Shown here piece after piece: positions 37,750 through 45,270 of a stretch of 45,270 nt of DNA. The stretch comes from a virus (lineage: Duplodnaviria > Caudoviricetes). The position numbers were made by a program, and so were the translations under genes. The stretch covers positions 1 through 45,270 of the IMG/VR virus record IMGVR_UViG_3300017913_002579. One strand, 5' to 3'. Each line of letters opens with the position of its first letter. The stretch's first letter is position 1. The notes beneath the pieces were generated by a model, which worked only from the letters and a program-made list of their open reading frames with translations, searched no databases and was not told the DNA's origin.

Positions 37750-38092
37750 TGTCATCACCTTTGACATAGCGCAGGCAAACGCAATCGTAAAAGAAAACCG
37801 CCTCCTCGCCGTCAACGAGCATGCGCTCTTGGACTGCGCCTATGCCACAGCATTGTTTGCAAGTGTCATCGGGCTTCATCATCCACAAACTGAAAATGCA
37901 GTCGCATGGATGGAGAATGAACTCAACATCAACAGCCTCACCCTCGTAGTTTCGGATGGGTTGTTCCATGATGATTTCGCCTGTTCCACTACAAACGGTG
38001 CAATGAGGGTTAGCCTCGTAGGTAGGCTGGTCTTCCGCGCTACGCTGTTCAGCGTTGTTGTGCGCTGGTTCGCCTGTGCGTTTCCATGTCAT
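37721..38092 (-). CDS. Double zinc-finger protein (CxxCxGxG...CxC x2)
   Basis: CTVCSGTG...PCDC and CKQCCGIG...DCVC. ATG 38092 is in TGATG overlap with the upstream stop. Confidence 0.7.
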   Translation of the reverse strand: MTWKRTGEPAHNNAEQRSAEDQPTYEANPHCTVCSGTGEIIMEQPIRNYEGEAVDVEFILHPCDCIFSLWMMKPDDTCKQCCGIGAVQERMLVDGEEAVFFYDCVCLRYVKGDDNEETRGDSH

Positions 38093-39096
38093 CAGATGCC
38101 ACCCTCTCGCAGTTCGGGGAGTCCAAACCATTGAGGTGCTTCGTCCTTCTTCGTCACCATGATGGTGCGTCGCTGGTCAAGCAGGTTCGGATTGGTTTTG
38201 ATTTTGACGAACTCAACATCGTAGCGAGTTTCACCTGTCGGGGAGCCATCTTCGCCGCGCACCTTACTCTTGTGGAAGTAAAGGATTTGGTTGAGGTAGT
38301 TCGCCGTGTGCTTCTCCCACGATGGTTTCTTGCCAACAACAGCACCCGACTTGTCTTGCAGTTCCTTGAAGTGTGTTTCAAAGTAAACATTGACACCGAG
38401 CGACATGAGCGTCCTTGCAATGGTCGTGAGTTGATGGAAACGCGTGGTGCGGATTTGCCAATTGAAGCGCAGTCCAACTTGCTCGTGGGGCTTCACCTTA
38501 GCACCGATACCGTCGGGGGCTGTCCCCAAGTCTTCAATGAACATGCAGTTCTTGGCTACTTCATCCCAAAGGTCAACCGCTGTGATGAGGACTGAGTGGA
38601 GGCGAGGTCGGTCGCCACGGTTAGCCGCCCAATCAACGAGCGTTTGTCCAATCTTCATGACACGGCGATGCGTGGCAGGGTAGTCAATCGCTTCACGAAT
38701 GTCACCATCGGCGTCTGTTTGCTCAAACATGACATTGGGATTGAGGCAACGAATGTTTTTCGCGTTCTGTCGGTGATGTGTGACGCGAGTAGTCTGTCCA
38801 CCACCGTCAAAGTCCAACACGAAGATAACATCTCCGCGCTCCTTTTCTTCGTCAGTCATGCTGTCAAGGACGATGCCCGTCTTACCAACTCCTTCGGGTC
38901 CGATTAGACCCATGAAGATTTGACTCGTTGGAACCTCGTCGCCAGCGTTCACAATCTCGTCCCAAACGGAAGCCGCAATGGGTTTCTTGACCGGAGGGGC
39001 GGGTTCGTTGAACTCGCCCGTTGTTGGGTCAAAGGCAGGGGCTTCCTGTGGGGTTTCTTCTTCTGCTTGCTTCTTCAAATCGTTTAGGTTTGGCAT
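38092..39096 (-). CDS. P-loop ATPase, AAA_24/Sak4/RadA-like (putative recombination protein)
   Basis: Walker A GPEGVGKT, VLDFDGG, Walker B-like VLITAVD, and YFETH. Adjacent to the SSB-like gene. Confidence 0.7.
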   Translation of the reverse strand: MPNLNDLKKQAEEETPQEAPAFDPTTGEFNEPAPPVKKPIAASVWDEIVNAGDEVPTSQIFMGLIGPEGVGKTGIVLDSMTDEEKERGDVIFVLDFDGGGQTTRVTHHRQNAKNIRCLNPNVMFEQTDADGDIREAIDYPATHRRVMKIGQTLVDWAANRGDRPRLHSVLITAVDLWDEVAKNCMFIEDLGTAPDGIGAKVKPHEQVGLRFNWQIRTTRFHQLTTIARTLMSLGVNVYFETHFKELQDKSGAVVGKKPSWEKHTANYLNQILYFHKSKVRGEDGSPTGETRYDVEFVKIKTNPNLLDQRRTIMVTKKDEAPQWFGLPELREGGI

Positions 39097-39101
39097 GTTT
39101 T

Positions 39102-40412
39102 TCACTCTCCGTATTGGCTGATGGATGTGTCGCCGCCTTCACCAGCGGGGATGGCGAGGCGCGGGACTGCGTAAACACCGAAGGTCTTGATGGCAGGTTC
39201 GGGTCCGTCATCTGTGACGCGCACGCTCAATCGTCCAAAGACGATGACCGTTGACTTCACAGCGTAGGGCTTCCAACCTTCTTCGGTTGCGTAATCAAAG
39301 GGATGACCGGAATCGCCAAGCAACCCGTGGATGTAGCAGGGTAGGTTTTGGCGGCGACCACCGTTGAAGGTGCGCATGAGGTCAAAGGATGACAGGCTCA
39401 TGGAGTAGTCATGACCAACAGGGTCCCACTCTGAATCGCGTGCTTCCTTTCGCATGTCGCTGACCTTTCCTCGCACGAAGACAAGAGGTCCAACAGGGTT
39501 GTAGCCGGGGACAATCTCTTGTCGCGTCTCAAAGACTTCGGCAAGGGTTGACAAGTCCTTGATGTGCGAGTCAAGACTTGGGATGAGGCGGTCGGGGCGA
39601 ATGACTGAGCGAACTTCTTCTTCCACGAAGTCGTTGCCGTAGGTGAAAGCCGCAGGCATCGGGAAAGCGTTGTAGGTGTCAGCCCATTCGGGTTTGACAT
39701 TCTCGGATTGAGGGCGAACCTTGAGCGTTCCTTCTTGGAACAGTTGAGGCACGAACCAATCGTTAGCATCCTTGCTGGTCACGGTGATGCGCAACACACG
39801 CTGGTCGTTGAGGAAGTTGTCTTTCTCGTTGCCGAGGAAGTAGTAGGTGCGCTGGTGTCGGTAAGGCGTGATAGGCTCACCGTAGCGGGACCAATCGGGG
39901 TTGTTCTGCAAGATGGCGATTGACAGACCATGCTCTTTGAAGAGGAACCACGGTTCGGAGTCCGCAGACTCTTCGGTGGCAACAGGTCCGTCTTTCTTCT
40001 CAAGCATCCACACGCCGTTCTCGGTGTAAGCGCGAGCCACAAGACCATCTTGGATTGCTCCGTCAAGGTCGTTCATGGCGGCGGAAACAGCAGGAGCGCG
40101 CTTGCGCTCTTGTCCATCTCGGCACTTGGGGTCAACACCGACGAAGTAGCCGACAAGTTCAGTTGACTTGCCACCACCGCCGCTCATGACTCGTCGTTCA
40201 ACGACGAAGGTTTCGGCGGCGTCAATGATGAGGTCATCCTCTTCATCATCGGGCGCGGCAACACCCATCTCGGTCATGAGGAAAGCGAGAAACGCTTCTT
40301 CCGCTTCCGCTTCTGTCTTTCCGTTCTTTTCAGCCCACCACTTGAGGCGTTCTTGCACTTCGGGGTGCAGGCTGTTGTTGTTTTTGGCTTCGTTTTGGTT
40401 CAGGTTTGGCAT
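39102..40412 (-). CDS. Putative ssDNA-binding protein (RPA/OB-fold type)
   Basis: Acidic 436-aa protein with OB-like strands (LVFVRGKVSDM, VIVFGRLSVR), located between the clamp loader and the ATPase. Confidence 0.5.
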   Translation of the reverse strand: MPNLNQNEAKNNNSLHPEVQERLKWWAEKNGKTEAEAEEAFLAFLMTEMGVAAPDDEEDDLIIDAAETFVVERRVMSGGGGKSTELVGYFVGVDPKCRDGQERKRAPAVSAAMNDLDGAIQDGLVARAYTENGVWMLEKKDGPVATEESADSEPWFLFKEHGLSIAILQNNPDWSRYGEPITPYRHQRTYYFLGNEKDNFLNDQRVLRITVTSKDANDWFVPQLFQEGTLKVRPQSENVKPEWADTYNAFPMPAAFTYGNDFVEEEVRSVIRPDRLIPSLDSHIKDLSTLAEVFETRQEIVPGYNPVGPLVFVRGKVSDMRKEARDSEWDPVGHDYSMSLSSFDLMRTFNGGRRQNLPCYIHGLLGDSGHPFDYATEEGWKPYAVKSTVIVFGRLSVRVTDDGPEPAIKTFGVYAVPRLAIPAGEGGDTSISQYGE

Positions 40413-40414
40413 TT

Positions 40415-41302
40415 TTATTCCTCCTTATTTTTGTTTTTGTCTTCGTTGTGTAAGGTCGCTATGAAGTAATCCACGAATGACTCACTTCCGAGGTCCCATT
40501 GGTTCATCTTGAGGACGAAATCTCCCCACACAGCGAAGAAGGCATATAATTGTTCCGAGGTCATCCCTACGGATTTGACATGACCATGAATGGCGCGCAT
40601 GATGTGTTGCAAGGATGCTCCCTCGTTCATCAGCGTCAGCATGGTTTTGTGAACGGACTCCCAATCGCCAGCGGCGACATCAAGAGCCAATGAATCTAAG
40701 TTGGTTTGGACTTCGGCAAGTTTCTTCCCGCTTCGCACATGGTTTTGAATCGCGCGAAGGTCACCACCGAAGTGTGAATGGAGTGCGTCGGGGCTATCTT
40801 GAGCAATCAACCCTTGCTCCAAAAGTAATAGTTCAAGATACGCGCGCACTTGTTTTACAGAATACGGGCGGAATTGGAACTGAACGCACCGTGATTTGAT
40901 GGCGTCAATGATTTTGCTACGGTCGTTGCAAGTGAGAATCCACCAGCAATTGGACTTCTCCATGATGCGCTTGAGGGAATCTTGAGCAGGCTTCGTCAAA
41001 CCATCAGCCTCGTCCAAGAGGATGAGGCGTCCGCCGTCCCAAAGTTGAGTAGCGTTAGCCACCGCTTTCAGTTTGCTCCGAATGAAATCAATACCGCGCT
41101 CATCGCTGGCGTTGTATTCAATGACTTGCAAACCGAGATGTTCCCCGATGATGTAAGCCGCAGTTGTCTTTCCAAGCCCCGGCGCTCCTCCGAAAAGGAG
41201 GCATTGGGGGCTATCACGCTCCCACTCATCAAGATAGAAGAGGGGCATGTGTGCTTCGTTTTGTCCGATAAATTGGTTTGGTTTTGTGGGCAGAAATTCC
41301 AT
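40415..41302 (-). CDS. rfcS: Replication factor C small subunit-like clamp loader
   Basis: GAPGLGKTT, EYNASDERGIDFIR, ILLDEADGLTKPAQDSL, SRC motif and GDLR. Confidence 0.93.
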   Translation of the reverse strand: MEFLPTKPNQFIGQNEAHMPLFYLDEWERDSPQCLLFGGAPGLGKTTAAYIIGEHLGLQVIEYNASDERGIDFIRSKLKAVANATQLWDGGRLILLDEADGLTKPAQDSLKRIMEKSNCWWILTCNDRSKIIDAIKSRCVQFQFRPYSVKQVRAYLELLLLEQGLIAQDSPDALHSHFGGDLRAIQNHVRSGKKLAEVQTNLDSLALDVAAGDWESVHKTMLTLMNEGASLQHIMRAIHGHVKSVGMTSEQLYAFFAVWGDFVLKMNQWDLGSESFVDYFIATLHNEDKNKNKEE

Positions 41303-41308
41303 GTGTTT

Positions 41309-41455
41309 TCACTCCGATACCCTCCACATATTCCGCGGTTGCTTATATACCCCCTACGGCGGGAGGTTTGTTTTCTTACTATTATTGTATTATTATTATA
41401 AGAATAAGATACTATTCTCTTTATCATAATACAATGATATTCTTGATAATTGAAT
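41309..41455 (-). promoter_or_regulatory. Intergenic region: SD, TATA-like box and AT-rich imperfect palindrome (promoter or possible origin)
   Basis: GGAGTGA before ATG 41302 and TATATAAG on the minus strand at 41342-41349. Nested inverted repeats 41384-41393/41426-41435 and 41401-41406/41413-41418 share the same centre. Confidence 0.6.
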
Positions 41456-41465
41456 CAGCGAAGCG

Positions 41466-41834
41466 TCAATCATCAATGTCTCCATCAATGAGAGCAATCA
41501 CTTCGGCTATCTGTTCGTGGGTAGGCGCACGCCCTTTGTAATCCATGAGCCGAATCATCTTGAGCATGTTCTTCTTGTCGTAAACATGCTGACGCACAGG
41601 TGCAAGCAGGCGAATGAGTCGCCGAATCAATTCGGCTTCCTTGATGATTCGTGCATTGATACCCTGCGTTGACAGCCACATGTTGAGGGCGGGTTCATCC
41701 TTTCGGCTCACCAGCACGCGCCTCTCCACACGATAACCAACTCTCGTCTTCGGTGCAAAATGAACGCTCAACTGAAAGCGACATTCTCTCGCCAGCCATC
41801 CAAGAAAGAATGCGTCTTCGTCCATTCGGCTCAC
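41466..41834 (-). CDS. Degenerate single-motif LAGLIDADG-like protein
   Basis: FLGWLAREC aligns to LAGLIDADG and is followed by FQLSV...GYRVERRVLVSRKD and LIRLLAP, as in single-domain LAGLIDADG folds. Alternative start at ATG 41825. Confidence 0.5.
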   Translation of the reverse strand: MSRMDEDAFFLGWLARECRFQLSVHFAPKTRVGYRVERRVLVSRKDEPALNMWLSTQGINARIIKEAELIRRLIRLLAPVRQHVYDKKNMLKMIRLMDYKGRAPTHEQIAEVIALIDGDIDD

Positions 41835-43141
41835 TACTCCATCAAGTCGCCAATCTGCATAGCATCGGATTGACCGAGCGTCGTGTCAATGCGTGCAAGG
41901 TAGGGAGCGCGCATCTTCTTTTCCTCATGGTCGTAGCCGAGCGCATGGAAGATGCCGATGATGCCTTCGTCTATGTCCATCATGCCTTGCGCATCGTAAA
42001 GTCGTGCGAGCCTGTCGGGGATTTCGTCAGCCTTCACATAGGCGTATCCGACAGGGAACGGGTCAAAGCCATCAAGCGCGGCAATCTTAATTCGGATACC
42101 TTCGCCTTCACGAAAGCCTCCGAGTATCAGTAGCGGTATGTCAAATGTTCTTCGTGGCACAATAAATCCTCCAACTGCTCCGTGGTGGTAGTAGGGTTGT
42201 TCAGCATCAAGGAGGCGCAGGGTTTCTCCTTCCTCCAATGACTGAACGAGCGCACGAAGGTGAGCGCGGTCTTCAACCTTCTTCGGATTCGTAGCCCGCG
42301 CGTGTCTGCCTTCTTTCCATAGATTCGGCTCACCCTCACGGTGAAGCCATTCAACAACATTCCCCGACTCGTCAACTTCGCATACGCAGTCGTCGTGATA
42401 CGGTAGCGCGGGGGAGCGCGCGATACGAACGCCATGCCTGTCGTATGTGTATAGCCTTCGGCTCCGCCTGTGTGCATAGTAGTGTTGACCTCGGATGATT
42501 TCGTAGTGCGTCTCATTGAACGGTAAGGACCATCTATTCCACCGAGAATAGGTGGGGGCTTTGAACGGGTAGGTGGGTTGCACGACATATTCATCGGGCA
42601 AGGCGTGCTTGAGCGCGCGTTGCACAACATCACCGGCTGGCATAATCGTGCGCATCTGTTGAAGGTGATTCGTGTCGTAAGGAGAAACAGACGCAATGCT
42701 TCTCATGATTCGGCGCATGTTGATGGAGGTCCTGCCAAAGGCGTATCCCCAAAACATCATCGCACTCAATTGAGACATGGACTTGAATAGAATGTCAGCG
42801 TTCAATTCGCCTTTGAGAATCATCTCCTTGAACTCAATGGCTTGGCGCACCGTTATTGATTCGGCTACTTCCATAGGCGATTCGGATGCAAGGAGAGAAG
42901 GCATCTCATGTTCTTCCATGAGCGCGCTGTATTCTTCGGGGAACAAGCCATACGATTCGGCTAACATGCGCACCACATGATGTGGCTTGATGGATGAACG
43001 AGGTGTTGCGCAACAGACGGTGATAATGTCGTGCGCATCGGATTCGTGTTTCGTGAAAAGGTCTGCAAGGATTCGGCTCGCCATGCGTGGCGCTTCGTTC
43101 TGTGAAGCGTGGACAGCGTTTGCTAAATCCTCAAGTTTCAT
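41834..43141 (-). CDS. ATP-dependent DNA ligase homolog, apparently catalytically inactivated (435 aa)
   Basis: Ligase-like layout: MKLEDLA...RILADLF (DBD), YEIIRGQHYYAH...YDRHG (motif I region with no KxDG), EGETLRLLDAEQPY (motif IV), TFDIPLLILGG and MRAPYLARID (OB/motif VI). ATGA overlap at 43141. Confidence 0.65.
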   Translation of the reverse strand: MKLEDLANAVHASQNEAPRMASRILADLFTKHESDAHDIITVCCATPRSSIKPHHVVRMLAESYGLFPEEYSALMEEHEMPSLLASESPMEVAESITVRQAIEFKEMILKGELNADILFKSMSQLSAMMFWGYAFGRTSINMRRIMRSIASVSPYDTNHLQQMRTIMPAGDVVQRALKHALPDEYVVQPTYPFKAPTYSRWNRWSLPFNETHYEIIRGQHYYAHRRSRRLYTYDRHGVRIARSPALPYHDDCVCEVDESGNVVEWLHREGEPNLWKEGRHARATNPKKVEDRAHLRALVQSLEEGETLRLLDAEQPYYHHGAVGGFIVPRRTFDIPLLILGGFREGEGIRIKIAALDGFDPFPVGYAYVKADEIPDRLARLYDAQGMMDIDEGIIGIFHALGYDHEEKKMRAPYLARIDTTLGQSDAMQIGDLME

Positions 43142-43782
43142 TCTTCCTCTTCCTTTGGCATGTGGATAGGCGGGAGAGTGCGGAAGATAAGACCGCGCAG
43201 ATGTGGAGGGGTGGACATGCCATTCCATTCGCTCGGTAATACCACGATGCGCTGAGTTTCAAGAGCGCGCAGGAGTGTTTGTTCGTCAGCCATGTCAATG
43301 ATTTCGTCGCGCTCCAAGACCTGCATCCCCTCCCATGTGAAGAAAAGGTCGTCGCCTGCGAGCAAGTGATAGTCCATCGGGGAGAGCAGTTGCTCATGCC
43401 CGTCTTCGTGCTTGACGAGGACGCGCCATTCGCCTTGCTCAGTCTCAAGCCAAGTCGGTTCTTCCAAGTCAAAGTTGACAAGGAGTTCGCCACTCTCTTC
43501 GTGCGCCCAAGACTGTGCTGTTTCTTGCGCGGCTTGCATTGAGTCGTCAACCATTTCGGCTTCCTCCGCGCTGAGTTTGATACCAAGAGCATGGCAAACT
43601 TTGGCGATGCGCTCAAGAGGAAGGATGGATTGAGGCGTGGCTTTGATGACAACGAGTTCGTCTTCATCCTTGCGTATCACAGCATCAGCGACACCCCATG
43701 TGTCACCGACCTGCATGCGCTCGTAGTGTTCTTTCGTCCAATCAATGTCGTCTTGAGTCGGTTCCCAATTATCTTCAATCAT
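43138..43782 (-). CDS. Acidic hypothetical protein (214 aa)
   Basis: ORF with ATGA overlaps on both sides. Confidence 0.7.
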   Translation of the reverse strand: MIEDNWEPTQDDIDWTKEHYERMQVGDTWGVADAVIRKDEDELVVIKATPQSILPLERIAKVCHALGIKLSAEEAEMVDDSMQAAQETAQSWAHEESGELLVNFDLEEPTWLETEQGEWRVLVKHEDGHEQLLSPMDYHLLAGDDLFFTWEGMQVLERDEIIDMADEQTLLRALETQRIVVLPSEWNGMSTPPHLRGLIFRTLPPIHMPKEEEE

Positions 43783-44072
43783 AGTTCCTCACCTTTGAAC
43801 CACCGAAACTTGTTGCAACAGCGCGCTGGTATGATGATGAACTCATGCTTACGGGTGAACAGCGCAATGTGATGCGGGTCAATCTGTTCGCCACATGTGC
43901 ATACGATAGCGTCGCCAAGCAAGTGAGACGCGTAGTCAAACCCCTCAATCTCATGCTGTTTACCTTGAGGGTCTTTGATTCGCGTCTTCTTGACAGGCAC
44001 ACCATCAGCCATCGGATGCGTAAGGAAGCCATCATCTCCAAAATGGCGCGTTCCCAATTGGTAGCGGGGCAT
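43779..44072 (-). CDS. Hypothetical Cys-containing protein (97 aa)
   Basis: GGGTGA SD; CTCG and RCC motifs; stop overlaps the next ATG. Confidence 0.65.
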   Translation of the reverse strand: MPRYQLGTRHFGDDGFLTHPMADGVPVKKTRIKDPQGKQHEIEGFDYASHLLGDAIVCTCGEQIDPHHIALFTRKHEFIIIPARCCNKFRWFKGEEL

Positions 44073-44099
44073 TATTCACCCCGAAGATGCGCAACCTAT

Positions 44100-44297
44100 T
44101 TATTCTTGCGCCATGAAAAGGAAGGACGCGTCGTAGGTTGTGTCGGTGAAGTCGCAAAGAATCTCAATCTTGTGAAAGATGCCCATTGGAACGGTGCGAT
44201 AAATGAGCATGTCAACAAGTGCGTTGGGGTGCTGACCGCATGGGCATTGGTCGGTGGGGAGGATGATAACATCAAGCGGTTCCTGTGCTGGTGTCAT
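44100..44297 (-). CDS. Hypothetical protein (65 aa)
   Basis: ATG 44297 is in ATGA overlap with the upstream stop; CPCGQH motif. Confidence 0.55.
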   Translation of the reverse strand: MTPAQEPLDVIILPTDQCPCGQHPNALVDMLIYRTVPMGIFHKIEILCDFTDTTYDASFLFMAQE

Positions 44298-44536
44298 AAG
44301 TCGCACACCTCGTGCAGTTCGGGAGTCGGTATGTTCAACTTCTTCGCAATGAGTCCAGCCTTGAATCTTAAGTCAAGGAGTTTCACCGACATCGGTTTGT
44401 TGAAGAAGACGCGACTCGCATCTTCCCATGTGGATTGCATGCAAAAGCATTGGAAGCAGTAGTCCGCGCTACGGTGAAGGTCGGAGTCCATCCACACATT
44501 GGAGGGTTTGTCGCATGCGTAGCAAAGGTTGCTCAT
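44294..44536 (-). CDS. Small zinc-finger protein (80 aa)
   Basis: CYAC...CFQC; ATGA overlap. Confidence 0.6.
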   Translation of the reverse strand: MSNLCYACDKPSNVWMDSDLHRSADYCFQCFCMQSTWEDASRVFFNKPMSVKLLDLRFKAGLIAKKLNIPTPELHEVCDL

Positions 44537-44874
44537 TCCTCTTCACCTTCCTTGTCTGTCGCAATGGCTTGTTCGGGATACCAATGATTGAACTTGTGAA
44601 CACCCACGAGGGTTTGATGTGTCGCCATTTGAAAGATGTTGTAGTCCTTTGAGACGGTGAAATTTTCAAGTTCATCCGCATACTCGCGTCTCTCCATTTC
44701 TCTCTTGAGTGCGCACAAATCAGTAATCAACATACGGAGGTGTCGCAGTTTTTTCATCATGCGGTTCTTGAGCATCTTGCTTGGTGCGTCTGTCAAGAAT
44801 ATCATTCTTCCACCGCTGTCCATGATTGTGTAGGGGGCTGTCGGTATGGCTGGTTTGTCGTGTTCTGTGTTCAT
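44533..44874 (-). CDS. Hypothetical protein (113 aa)
   Basis: ATGA overlaps with both neighbours. Confidence 0.6.
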   Translation of the reverse strand: MNTEHDKPAIPTAPYTIMDSGGRMIFLTDAPSKMLKNRMMKKLRHLRMLITDLCALKREMERREYADELENFTVSKDYNIFQMATHQTLVGVHKFNHWYPEQAIATDKEGEEE

Positions 44875-45270
44875 AGTTTTGCATCTCCTGCTTTCAGTTT
44901 CTTCAACAATGCTTGACCGATAGCGTCGCGTGTCTTCCCCGACTCGCCGTCCAGCGTGCGCTGAACGAGGTCAGCCTTCTCGGCAACCACTTGGTCAAAC
45001 ATCATGTCAATCGTATCGTTTGCTGACAGAACAACCTTGTGGCATGTGGAAGCCTCTTGTGTCATACGACGAACGCGCGCCGCGGCTTGTTGCTCCCATG
45101 CTGGAACCCACTCACGCTCAACGAAGAGCGTGGTGTTGGCGTGGTCAAGGTTGACCCCTTCACGCATGGCGTTGGTGGAACAGATGAGGAAGTCAATGCT
45201 TCCCTGCTGAAAGTGCTTGATGTGTTCTTGTCGGTCAGCCTCGGAAGTGTCGCCCGTGATGCGGCGCGTG
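44871..45270 (-). CDS. SNF2-family (SF2) helicase, C-terminal HELICc part (truncated by window)
   Basis: Frame is open to the window end: RITGDTSEADRQEHIKHFQQGSIDFLICSTNAMREGVNL...WVPAWEQQAAARVRRMTQ (motifs V and VI). Confidence 0.88.
   Translation of the reverse strand, partial: TRRITGDTSEADRQEHIKHFQQGSIDFLICSTNAMREGVNLDHANTTLFVEREWVPAWEQQAAARVRRMTQEASTCHKVVLSANDTIDMMFDQVVAEKADLVQRTLDGESGKTRDAIGQALLKKLKAGDAKL

Noticed and set aside
28698-44536. Recurrent acidic C-termini (KEE, KEEEE, KGEEL, KEGEEE) as a protein signal
   Set aside because: They are adequately explained by purine-rich SD sequences for the overlapping downstream gene being encoded in the last codons.
1-45270. Cellular archaeal chromosome or integrated provirus; tRNA/rRNA genes
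   Set aside because: The thermosome, RFC and PolB are divergent and are linked to tail genes. No integrase, att site or housekeeping genes were seen, and there is no non-coding space holding recognisable RNA genes.

Overview
This window is part of a tailed dsDNA archaeal virus genome, most consistent with the magroviruses that infect Marine Group II Euryarchaeota (Poseidoniales). It has two convergent, densely packed arms. The + arm (1-26463) is a virion/tail module: the C-terminal part of a tape-measure protein, a putative distal tail protein, a ~5,100-aa LamG-containing giant protein, a hub-like protein, a tail fibre and several accessory genes. The - arm (26465-45270) is an archaeal-type replication module. 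Its replication genes are an SNF2 helicase, an apparently inactivated ATP-dependent ligase, an RFC clamp loader, a putative SSB, an AAA ATPase, a PCNA-like clamp, PolB, a PriS-PriL primase fused to a nuclease-like domain and an MCM-like helicase. It also carries a degenerate LAGLIDADG protein, Cas4-like, ERCC4 and DEDD nucleases, and a group II chaperonin. The most striking unexplained signal is a short peptide tag (consensus about PMDxAWxxLK) found five times in four otherwise dissimilar late-region proteins. Two copies differ only at synonymous sites and also encode the ribosome-binding site and start codon of the next gene. This suggests a cargo-tagging, processing or cassette-exchange system. 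Other observations are strong avoidance of several 4-bp palindromes, two AT-rich palindromic intergenic islands, and four unannotated micro-ORFs. All functional calls come from motif recognition by eye; no searches were run.
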